A stretch of DNA of 32,000 nt from Microcystis aeruginosa NIES-2549 (GCF_000981785.2 NZ_CP011304.1:600001-632000), one strand, 5' to 3'. Counted from the stretch's first letter, positions 14,764 through 22,558 are shown. Numbers and translations: made by a program. Notes: generated by a model from the letters alone, not told the origin.

Positions 14764-16178
14764 CAGATAAACAGGTATTAGACAAAACCGGTAAACATCT
14801 TGATTCGTTGCAAGAATCCATCTTACAGGGTATTTGGGAACATCAAGATTACGAAGAAATTGCCAAAGATAATCAGCGCAGTTATGACCATATAAAAAAA
14901 GAAGCATGGAAGTTATGGCAACTGTTATCAGATGTTTTTCAAGAAGATATAAAAAAGTCTAATGTTCGTTCTATTTTAGAAAATAAAGCTTCATCTACTA
15001 TTTATCACTTTGTTAACCATCATGGTAATAATATTAGTAATAACCATATAAACATCTGTAGAGAAAATAACCCCTATTCAGAAAAAAACTTAAAAAAGTC
15101 TTCAAATTTTCCAGATAATGATCATCTATCCCCCATAATTGACTTAACAAAAGCTCCTGAATTAAGGTGTAACTATGGACGTAAGTTAGAACTATCTACC
15201 TTAAAAGAATGGCTAGATAATAAAACTCGATTAATTACTATTTATGGGTTAACTGGAATCGGAAAAACAGCTTTAACCCTTAAATTAATTTCAGAAATTG
15301 CCCCACAATTTGATTATATTATTTATCGCAGTCTGGAAAATATTCCTCAATTAATCGCTCTCAAAGATGATCTAAAACAGTTTTTCAGCCAATCTCTATC
15401 AACCCCCTTACCTGATATAATAGATTATCTAAGCTCCTATCGTTGTTTAATTATTCTTGATGATGTGCAGAATATTTTTAAACTGGGGGAATTAGCAGGT
15501 AAATATTTAAGCGACTGTCAGGATTATCATAAATTTTTTCAGCAAATTGCTACCACATCTCATCAAAGTTGTTTGATTTTAATTAGTTGGGAACTTCCCA
15601 GAGATTTTGTTACCTTAAAATCCGATAAAATTAAAACTTTATACCTACAAGGTTTAACAACAGAATTTGAAAAAATATTCAAAGAATACGGTTTAAAAAG
15701 TGAGGAAAAATGGACGAAACTGAGGGAACTTTATCAAGGTCATCCTAACTGGTTAAATATCATCTCCTCAACCATTATTGAGCTATTTGATGGAGAAGTA
15801 TCCTTATTTTTAGAACAAATGAAAAATGAAATTTATTTAGGAGATATAGAAGACTCGATCGAATGTCATTTACAGCGTTTATCCGCAACAGAAAAAAAGG
15901 TGATGCACTGGTTAGCTAATCAAACTGAAGCGGTAGAAAAGTTTCCCAAAACTGCTAATCTTGACTTATCTACTTCTGAATTTTGGGCAACTATTCAGTC
16001 ATTAATGAGACGCTGTTTACTGGATAAATTACCATCAGAAACCTCGTCCTATTTTCCTATTAATCCTGTGTTTAAATCCTATCTTCAAAGAAATCCTAAC
16101 GATTAGAAAAAATTGATATTATTCTAAATATATGTGTACCGCAACGCAGAAACCCGCAGGATCGCTTTCCAGTCTATA

Positions 16179-16466
16179 CTATTTTCTATACACCTGATCG
16201 TGACTACCAATATCAATTAACAAGATGATAACTTCTAAATATTCTCCATCTTCCGAAAAACTAAAAATAATTCGACAATCGTAAGCGACAGTACAAGACC
16301 ATAACTCTTCTAAATTACCACTTAACTTATGGGTTTTTAAAGACAGTGTAAATGGGTCTTCTGCCAGTTTTCTAAGTACATCGAAAGTTTTAGGTTTTAA
16401 CTGGGGATTTTTCTTGATTAGCTTCTTAAACGAACGCTTAAACCCATCACTCCATATTAGATCCAT
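16179..16466 (-). CDS. RelE/YafQ-type mRNA-interferase toxin (type II TA)
   Basis: 95 aa with ...KTHKLSGNLEELWSCTVAYDCRIIF...IGSHDQVY, typical of YafQ/RelE-fold toxins. It begins 2 nt after the upstream small gene. Confidence 0.75.
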   Translation of the reverse strand: MDLIWSDGFKRSFKKLIKKNPQLKPKTFDVLRKLAEDPFTLSLKTHKLSGNLEELWSCTVAYDCRIIFSFSEDGEYLEVIILLIDIGSHDQVYRK

Positions 16467-16468
16467 TG

Positions 16469-16678
16469 TTAATCCTCATTCAAATCGGCAATCAAATCTT
16501 CTACGGTTCCCTTTCTGGCCGTTCCAGTAGCGATCGCCTCTTTCAATTCCTTAAAATTAGCTAAAATTTCTCTTTCTCTTGCTTTAGCTCTATATTGACA
16601 CAAAATCTCTAACAATGACTCCTGTTCATCCTCTGATAAATTCTCAAAAGATTTGATCATTTCTTGCAAAGTCATCAT
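16469..16678 (-). CDS. Cognate small acidic antitoxin (69 aa)
   Basis: Lies immediately upstream of the toxin and is tightly coupled to it. It is a helical, acidic protein related to the 17063..17278 product. Confidence 0.6.
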   Translation of the reverse strand: MMTLQEMIKSFENLSEDEQESLLEILCQYRAKAREREILANFKELKEAIATGTARKGTVEDLIADLNED

Positions 16679-16758
16679 TTTACCTCTTAACTCTCGATAA
16701 AAACCTGGAATCTCTTATTCTTTGTGTGATCAGTTTAACTTACATAGGAGCGATCAAT

Positions 16759-16788
16759 CTTTGTGTCCTTTGTGTCTTTGTGGTTTGC
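16759..16788. repeat. CTTTGTGTCCTTTGTGTCTTTGTGG motif (dispersed intergenic repeat family)
   Basis: ctttgtgtcctttgtgtctttgtggtttgc here, and the closely related ctctttgtgtcctctgtgcctctgtagttt at 27208..27237. Confidence 0.6.
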
Positions 16789-16841
16789 TCCACTCGCTCG
16801 TCACCAGGACTGTATCTTAGAATACATTTTACCCACCAAAC

Positions 16842-17057
16842 CTAAGAGAGCCAAATAATCCGACAATCATAACCACAAGAACAAGCTTTAAGTCCCGATA
16901 ATTCCCCTTTTAATGAATGAGTTCCCAAGTTCAAAAAATAAATATCTTCCCTCATTTGTGCCAATGTTTTCTCAATCGCTTTCTGTCGTTGAGGATTTCT
17001 GAGAACAAACTTACGGAAAGTCCGCTTAAATTTAGGCGTTAAAACCAGTTCTCTCAT
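16842..17057 (-). pseudogene. 3'-truncated RelE/YafQ-type toxin paralogue
   Basis: Aligns with the 16179 toxin up to GYDCRIIW, then stops (71 vs 95 aa). It lacks the C-terminal segment that carries GSHDQVY in the intact copy, and the dispersed repeat motif lies just downstream. Confidence 0.6.
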
Positions 17058-17062
17058 AATAT

Positions 17063-17278
17063 CTATTCTAAAGTTTCTCTCAATTCTCTCAGAACAATTT
17101 CTAGGGGTTGAGGTTTAAATTCTCTTTGATGAAAAGCATTAATTGACTCCCTAGCATCCCTAGCAATTTCTTGACGACGAATATCAAGTAAACGATTTTG
17201 TAAAATTTCTAATAACATTTCCTGTTGTTCTAAAGATAGTTGCTCAACAGTATTTAAAGCTTGTTCTAAACTGATCAT
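17063..17278 (-). CDS. Small antitoxin paralogue (71 aa), now paired with a truncated toxin
   Basis: Same size, position and LS(L/E)(D/E)(E/Q)QE.LLEIL motif as the 16469 gene. It is 5 nt upstream of the toxin remnant. Confidence 0.6.
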   Translation of the reverse strand: MISLEQALNTVEQLSLEQQEMLLEILQNRLLDIRRQEIARDARESINAFHQREFKPQPLEIVLRELRETLE

Positions 17279-17321
17279 AATTTAACCTCAAACTCAAAAA
17301 ACCACCTTCTATTCTAACAAC

Positions 17322-17352
17322 AAAAAAGCACCCCCTCGCGGGAGTGCCTTTT
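17322..17352 (-). terminator. Intrinsic terminator of psbA
   Basis: The minus-strand RNA reads GGCACUCCC-GCGA-GGGGGUGC followed by UUUUUU, about 16 nt after the psbA stop. Confidence 0.75.
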
Positions 17353-17367
17353 CGTTCAGACTAGGAA

Positions 17368-18450
17368 TTAACCATTGATAGCGGGAGCGGTCAGAGCTAC
17401 GGGAGCCTGTTCACCACTAGCTAAGTCTAAGGGGAAGTTGTGAGCATTACGCTCGTGCATTACTTCCATACCGATACCAGCGCGGTTTAACACATCAGCC
17501 CAAGTACCGATTACACGACCTTGAGAATCGAGAATCGACTGGTTGAAGTTGAAACCGTTGAGGTTAAACGCCATGGTGCTAACACCCATTGCCGTAAACC
17601 AGATACCGATTACCGGCCAAGCACCTAAGAAGAAGTGCAGGGAGCGGCTGTTGTTGAAAGAAGCGTATTGGAAGATTAAACGTCCGAAGTAACCGTGAGC
17701 GGCAACGATATTGTAGGTTTCTTCCTCTTGACCGAATTTGTAACCGTAGTTCTGAGATTCGATTTCAGTGGTTTCACGCACTAAGGAAGAAGTTACTAGA
17801 GAACCGTGCATCGCGGAGAACAAGGAACCGCCGAACACACCAGCCACACCTAACATATGGAAGGGGTGCATCAGAATGTTATGTTCTGCTTGGAACACGA
17901 ACATAAAGTTGAAGGTTCCAGAGATTCCTAAAGGCATACCATCAGAGAAGGAACCTTGTCCGATGGGGTAGATTAAGAATACAGCAGTAGCGGCGGATAC
18001 AGGTGCAGAGTAAGCTACACAGATCCAAGGACGCATTCCTAAACGGAAAGACAGTTCCCACTGACGACCGAGGTAGCAGAAGACACCTAGTAAGAAGTGG
18101 AAAATGACTAACTGGTAGGGACCACCGTTGTATAACCACTCATCTAAGGAAGCAGCTTCCCAGATGGGGTAGAAGTGGAGTCCAATCGCGTTAGAAGAGG
18201 GAACAACCGCACCAGAGATGATGTTGTTTCCGTAGAGTAGAGAACCAGCTACAGGCTCGCGGATACCGTCGATATCTACGGGAGGAGCGGCGATAAAGGC
18301 GATGATGAAGCAGGTGGTGGCGGTGAGCAGGGTGGGGATCATGATCACACCGAACCAACCGACATAAAGACGGTTGTTGGTGCTGGTGATCCACTGGCAG
18401 AACTGCTCCCACAGGGAAGCGCTCTCGCGCTGTTGTAGAGTTGTAGTCAT
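17368..18450 (-). CDS. psbA: Photosystem II reaction-centre protein D1 (precursor with C-terminal extension), Gln-130 (D1:1-type) form
   Basis: A 360-aa canonical D1 sequence with GRQWELS (Q at the E/Q130 position) and the C-terminus ...[20 protein letters not shown]. Confidence 0.98.
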   Translation of the reverse strand: MTTTLQQRESASLWEQFCQWITSTNNRLYVGWFGVIMIPTLLTATTCFIIAFIAAPPVDIDGIREPVAGSLLYGNNIISGAVVPSSNAIGLHFYPIWEAASLDEWLYNGGPYQLVIFHFLLGVFCYLGRQWELSFRLGMRPWICVAYSAPVSAATAVFLIYPIGQGSFSDGMPLGISGTFNFMFVFQAEHNILMHPFHMLGVAGVFGGSLFSAMHGSLVTSSLVRETTEIESQNYGYKFGQEEETYNIVAAHGYFGRLIFQYASFNNSRSLHFFLGAWPVIGIWFTAMGVSTMAFNLNGFNFNQSILDSQGRVIGTWADVLNRAGIGMEVMHERNAHNFPLDLASGEQAPVALTAPAING

Positions 18451-18507
18451 GGTTGGATAATTTCTGTATGTATTAGGTTGTCAAGGTTCGTTGTTTGACA
18501 TGAGTTA

Positions 18508-18536
18508 ATACTATCGGCTTTTTATAGTTATGTAAA
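18508..18536 (-). promoter_or_regulatory. Candidate sigma70-type psbA promoter (TTTACA-17 nt-TAGTAT)
   Basis: On the minus strand, TTTACA (18536..18531), a 17-nt spacer, and TAGTAT (18513..18508), roughly 55 nt upstream of the psbA ATG. Confidence 0.5.
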
Positions 18537-18565
18537 GGGGTTTTAAGGAATATTTTTTTATCAAT

Positions 18566-18605
18566 GTCATAACTTTTACTTATATAATTGATGTTCATGT
18601 AAACT
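18566..18605 (+). promoter_or_regulatory. Candidate NtcA-type promoter of cynS (GTC-N8-TAC, 20 nt, TAAACT)
   Basis: gtcataacttttac at 18566..18579 keeps the GT-N10-AC core, and the TAN3T-type box taaact lies at 18600..18605. The ATG is at 18636. Confidence 0.35.
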
Positions 18606-18635
18606 AGATGCAGACAAATTCTGCAAAAATAAGCG

Positions 18636-19073
18636 ATGATACCCGAAATTACCGCAAAACTATTGGAAGCGAAGAAAGAAAAAGGCCTCAGTTTCGCTGA
18701 CCTAGAAGCGATTCTAGGGAGAGATGAGGTGTGGATTGCCGCTGTTTTTTACCGGCAAGCGAGCGCCTCCCCAGAGGAAGCAACGAAAATTGTGGCAGCT
18801 TTGGGACTGGGAACCGAAATCATCCCATTCTTAACCGAGTATCCTGTCAAGGGATTGGGTCCGGTTGTCCCCACCGACCCCCTGATTTATCGTTTCTATG
18901 AGATCATGCAGGTGTATGGAATGCCCCTAAAATCGGTAATTCATGAAAAATTCGGCGATGGTATTATGAGTGCGATCGATTTTACCCTCGACGTGGATAA
19001 GGAGGAAGACCCTAAAGGCGATCGCGTTAAAATTACCATGTCGGGTAAGTTTTTATCCTATAAGAAGTGGTGA
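18636..19073 (+). CDS. cynS: Cyanase (cyanate hydratase)
   Basis: 145 aa. [24 protein letters not shown]...[11 protein letters not shown]...[26 protein letters not shown] is a typical CynS sequence. Confidence 0.93.
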   Translation: MIPEITAKLLEAKKEKGLSFADLEAILGRDEVWIAAVFYRQASASPEEATKIVAALGLGTEIIPFLTEYPVKGLGPVVPTDPLIYRFYEIMQVYGMPLKSVIHEKFGDGIMSAIDFTLDVDKEEDPKGDRVKITMSGKFLSYKKW

Positions 19074-19090
19074 GTCCGGCTAAAGTCAAC

Positions 19091-19114
19091 GGTAAGGAAT
19101 TTCTATTCCTTGCC
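19091..19114 (+). terminator. Hairpin downstream of cynS (possible terminator)
   Basis: ggtaaggaat-ttct-attccttgcc forms a 10-bp stem with one G-U pair. The T-run comes only about 10 nt later. Confidence 0.45.
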
Positions 19115-19649
19115 GCTCTTGCTATTTTTCTTAACAAAACTTAACAATTGACGGCAAAATTTTGCTTGCTTTTTTTGGCAGATTTTGGGACAATATTTTA
19201 AAAATAGTTTAATAATAATGGAAATATAACCACCTAGCTATAATCACAAAAGTCCCATTATAAGAAAATCATAACCCAAGCCGCCGCAAAAGTCAAGGGA
19301 TCTCGCCTAATTATGCTGTGAAACTTCTAATTCCTTGATCGGTGAGGGTTTGGGGAATTATGAATTATGAATTGGGGAGTGGGAAGACAGTAAACTGATA
19401 ACTGCCAATTCAGACTTGAATTGGCGATGTTATATTGAACATTTTCAAGAAGAAGGCGCACCGCAAAGCGGATCTCTGCGATATCGCTGTTTTTTTACCG
19501 CTTATGAAACTAACATTATTGTTCCTTTAAAATCTTTGAGGATTGAGGTAGAGATGGCAGATGTTTATAACAAAGTAATCTTTAGTTAAAGCCTTAAATA
19601 TGGAGCTTTTGTTATCATTAGAATACATAAATATTCGTCATAAAAAAAA

Positions 19650-20084
19650 TTAGCGTAGGCAATGATTAATAGAAAAACTGAATACTTGTGCAAGTTGTTG
19701 TGAACAAGTTACCTCCGCTATTCGGCGAAGATTAACCATAACGATAGCTCCAAAAAACATTATATTAACAAGAAATGGTGAATAGGGAACTCCGAAATAT
19801 GAAGAAGCACAAGATAAAAAAAGATGTGCCACAAAATATGATACTATAACAAGCAATAAATCAGTTAAAATTGCAGATATATCTAAACTTAAGCCTAGTA
19901 CATGTGTTATGGCATAACTTAGAAGAGTCAAGCTAGTACCTAATAAAAGTAGTCCTGATATTGCTCTAGGCTCTTGTTCAAAAAGTCCCCAAAATCCCAA
20001 ATAAATCGCCGTCAATGAAAACCCAACGGAGACAGCTTTTACGATCCCATCGTAAACATTTCCCAAAGCATTTCCCCAATCCAT
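19650..20084 (-). CDS. Small integral membrane protein, about 4 TM helices, no recognised family
   Basis: Four hydrophobic segments, AT-rich coding sequence, and the same strand as the gene 88 nt upstream of it. Confidence 0.6.
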   Translation of the reverse strand: MDWGNALGNVYDGIVKAVSVGFSLTAIYLGFWGLFEQEPRAISGLLLLGTSLTLLSYAITHVLGLSLDISAILTDLLLVIVSYFVAHLFLSCASSYFGVPYSPFLVNIMFFGAIVMVNLRRIAEVTCSQQLAQVFSFSINHCLR

Positions 20085-20172
20085 AAAAAATTATCCAGCT
20101 AACTTTACCAATTTATGAAATTATCAAAGTATCAAAAATATTGGGTAAATTTTAACAATTTGTGTGCTAGAT

Positions 20173-20559
20173 TTACTCACCGAATAATTTACCATGTACA
20201 GCATTTACAAACGCTTCTCCTTCTGATTTTTGCCATGGCCATCCAGTGACAGGAGTTGCTGTTCCTCCGGCCGTAACCACGTTTACCGTTGGAGAACCCC
20301 ACATCAATAGAATACCAACAATCAAGGGAATAATACCCACTACTACAGTTATCAAAACAATTCCTAAAACAATAAGGAATAGTCCCCCAAAAACTTTCCT
20401 ATCCATTTCATATCGAACTGCAACAACTTGCTTGAGAGGAACATCTTCTCTTCGTCCACCACGAAACCAGCTTTTCTTCGCCATATAGGTAAGTCTTTTG
20501 TTCGTTACAATACCAAAACAGTTGTCAACTAAGACATTTTCTTTAGAACTTGATGTCAT
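20173..20559 (-). CDS. Membrane protein with a bacterial PH-like (bPH) fold apparently split by a long hydrophobic hairpin
   Basis: GIVTNKRLTYMAKK...EDVPLKQVVAVRYE (beta-rich), then about 32 hydrophobic residues, then PTVNVVTAGG...EGEAFVNAVHGKL (strands plus a terminal helix). The fold assignment is inference. Confidence 0.55.
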   Translation of the reverse strand: MTSSSKENVLVDNCFGIVTNKRLTYMAKKSWFRGGRREDVPLKQVVAVRYEMDRKVFGGLFLIVLGIVLITVVVGIIPLIVGILLMWGSPTVNVVTAGGTATPVTGWPWQKSEGEAFVNAVHGKLFGE

Positions 20560-21012
20560 TTTTTCCTCCCCATTTGATTTGTGTACTGGTTGAGCGTGCG
20601 GCCTGGGCTACATTGCCTAAAGCCACCTTAAGCATCCTGACTGTGATATGCTAGAACCTGTACTATTTCACATTTTCTTTACATTGGCTAAATAAAGCCT
20701 TGAAACTGCTTAATTACTTAGGATACATCGTAGTCTTGAGTTTAGTCAGTCGGAAAAGTCGGAACTTACAGCCAAACAATTGATCTGAAATATCGGAAAT
20801 ATCAGCTAAAATAAGTAAAAAACTTAGGTTCTTCCGAACTTACACTGTAGAAAATTCCTCAAGTTCCCTCTCTGCCCAGCAATGCTCTAAAGTTGATAAA
20901 TATCAATCTAACAAAAACTCAAAGCTTTAGTATATAAGCTTTACAAGCATGAGTTGTTGATAGTTTTACATGACAGGTTCGGTAGAGCCAAAACTTACCT
21001 AATCTATAGTCC

Positions 21013-22383
21013 ATGTTTCAAGCTAATCTATCTAATACGGTGTTAAATCTCTTAGATGAGTTGGTTTTTGCCAAAACAGATCAACATCTAGACTATCTTC
21101 AAAAAACTATCTTGCAAGGGACTTTAGAAGGTTACAAATACTCAGAAGTTGCCAAAGAATCTCATCTTAGTGAAGGTCATATTCGAGATAGTGCTTCAGA
21201 ATTATGGAAAATTTTGTCAGAAGTTTTAGGGGAAGATATTACTAAATCAAATATTAGAGCAGTTTTAAAGAAACATAGCTTTATAAATAATAATATGGGA
21301 CGAGATTTAGTCTCTTTTAATAATGTTCATATTTGTGATCATAATCCATTTTCCCTCAATAATAATAATTATCACTCTGAAATCCAGCGCGATCAACCTT
21401 ATTTAGATTTAGGTCATATTCCTGAAATAACTCAATTTTATGGAAGAATTACCGAATTAAATAACCTGCAAACTTGGATAGTTGCGGAGAAATACCGTTT
21501 GGTTACTGTGTTAGGTTTAAAAGGAATTGGTAAAACCACCCTTTCTTTGAAACTGGTTGATAAAATCAAAAATAGTTTTAATTATGTTATTCGCAGAAGT
21601 TTGTATTTTTGTCCAAAATTAGATGAACTTTTAAGTGAAATTTTACCCTCTATCAATCCTCAATTAAAGCTCTCTCAAAGTCTTGACAAGAAATTAAATT
21701 TATTCTTAGAGTTAATAAAAAGCCATCGCTGTTTGATTATTCTTGATGATTTACAAAGTCTATTTGATTCTAAAAAACTAGCAGGTAATTATCAAAAAGA
21801 GTACCAAGATTATCAACTATTGTTTAAAAGCATTGCTGAAGTCAATCATCAATGCTGTTTACTGTTGTTGAGTCAAGAAAAACCTATTGATACGACTTTT
21901 TATGGGCAGAAAAATAAATTCATTAAAACATTAATCATAGAAGGTTTAGGAGAAGATGCCATAGAAATTTTGCGCCATCATAATCTATTAAATGAAGACA
22001 GTTGGGAAGCCTTAATTAAATGTTATCAAGGTCATCCTCTTTGGTTAGAATTAGTTGCTAGTTTTATTCAAGAGACATTTTTAGGTAAGGTGGCTGACTT
22101 TTTGGAGATTAAATACCCGATTGCCGAAGAAACTTTAGAGCAGACTTTATTAAGTATTTTGCAAAGTTTAACAGAATCAGAGAAACTAATGTTAACAGAA
22201 TTAGCAAATTTTAATCAACCTATTTCTATTAAAGAAATGATCGACCAAACTTCTCTAGCTTATACAGATTCTTTGAAAGTAATTCAATCTCTAATCAGAC
22301 GAATAATAGTGGCAAAAGATGAAAACGCTCTATTATGTTTGAATCCTGTTTTTAAAGCTTATGTAATTAATCATCAAATCTAG
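21013..22383 (+). CDS. HTH-like N-terminal domain + NB-ARC/STAND P-loop NTPase + winged-helix, with no C-terminal repeat domain (456 aa)
   Basis: Walker A GLKGIGKTTL, Walker B CLIILDDLQ, LLLLSQEKP (RNBS-B position), QGHPLWLELV (GxP/GLPL-like), and LTESEKLMLTELA (winged helix). The N-terminal LQKTILQG..YSEVAK...HIRD..SELWKILSEVLGEDITKSNIR resembles the HTH module found on many cyanobacterial STAND and WD40 proteins. Confidence 0.8.
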   Translation: MFQANLSNTVLNLLDELVFAKTDQHLDYLQKTILQGTLEGYKYSEVAKESHLSEGHIRDSASELWKILSEVLGEDITKSNIRAVLKKHSFINNNMGRDLVSFNNVHICDHNPFSLNNNNYHSEIQRDQPYLDLGHIPEITQFYGRITELNNLQTWIVAEKYRLVTVLGLKGIGKTTLSLKLVDKIKNSFNYVIRRSLYFCPKLDELLSEILPSINPQLKLSQSLDKKLNLFLELIKSHRCLIILDDLQSLFDSKKLAGNYQKEYQDYQLLFKSIAEVNHQCCLLLLSQEKPIDTTFYGQKNKFIKTLIIEGLGEDAIEILRHHNLLNEDSWEALIKCYQGHPLWLELVASFIQETFLGKVADFLEIKYPIAEETLEQTLLSILQSLTESEKLMLTELANFNQPISIKEMIDQTSLAYTDSLKVIQSLIRRIIVAKDENALLCLNPVFKAYVINHQI

Positions 22384-22445
22384 GGCTGAGTCGAAAATTT
22401 TATCGCAATCATAATAGTTTACGAAATTCTACGACTGTCAAATAG

Positions 22446-22558
22446 TTACACCTGCATTTTAATTTCAGGAATTTCCCCATCTTGCCAGCGTTTTTCCAAG
22501 GCTGCAAGATACTCATTGCATCTTGTATATTAGTTAATGCCTCTTCCTCAGTATATCC
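22446..22558 (-). pseudogene. Degenerate relic of a HicB/UPF0150-like antitoxin gene
   Basis: The minus strand reads (stop)GYTEEEALTNIQDAMSILQ, then a frameshift, then LEKRWQDGEIPEIKMQV*. The G.TxEEAL.NI..A motif is typical of HicB-like N-domains. Confidence 0.3.

Larger units (their letters stand above)
13452..16106 (+). pseudogene. HTH-like N-domain + NB-ARC/STAND NTPase gene interrupted after codon 12 by an IS4-family element
   Basis: Joining 13452..13488 to 14773..16106 (removing the IS and one target-duplication copy) restores MDIQTLLEWTDKQVLDKTGKHLDSLQESILQG.... This is collinear with the paralogue at 21013. Walker A is GLTGIGKTAL, Walker B is CLIILDDVQ, and the GxP motif is QGHPNWL. 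Confidence 0.8.

Noticed and set aside
14724-14772. The ORF-track start of the 460-aa ORF (MLYLPSSWLVPLPADKQ...) as the true N-terminus of the NB-ARC protein.
   Set aside because: The start codon is TTG and the first 13 codons lie inside the IS right end and its inverted repeat. The native N-terminus is recoverable upstream of the IS at 13452.
17768-18412. ORFs 17768..17971(+), 17942..18139(-) and 18191..18412(-) inside psbA.
   Set aside because: They are shadow or alternative-frame ORFs within an unambiguous, highly conserved psbA coding sequence.
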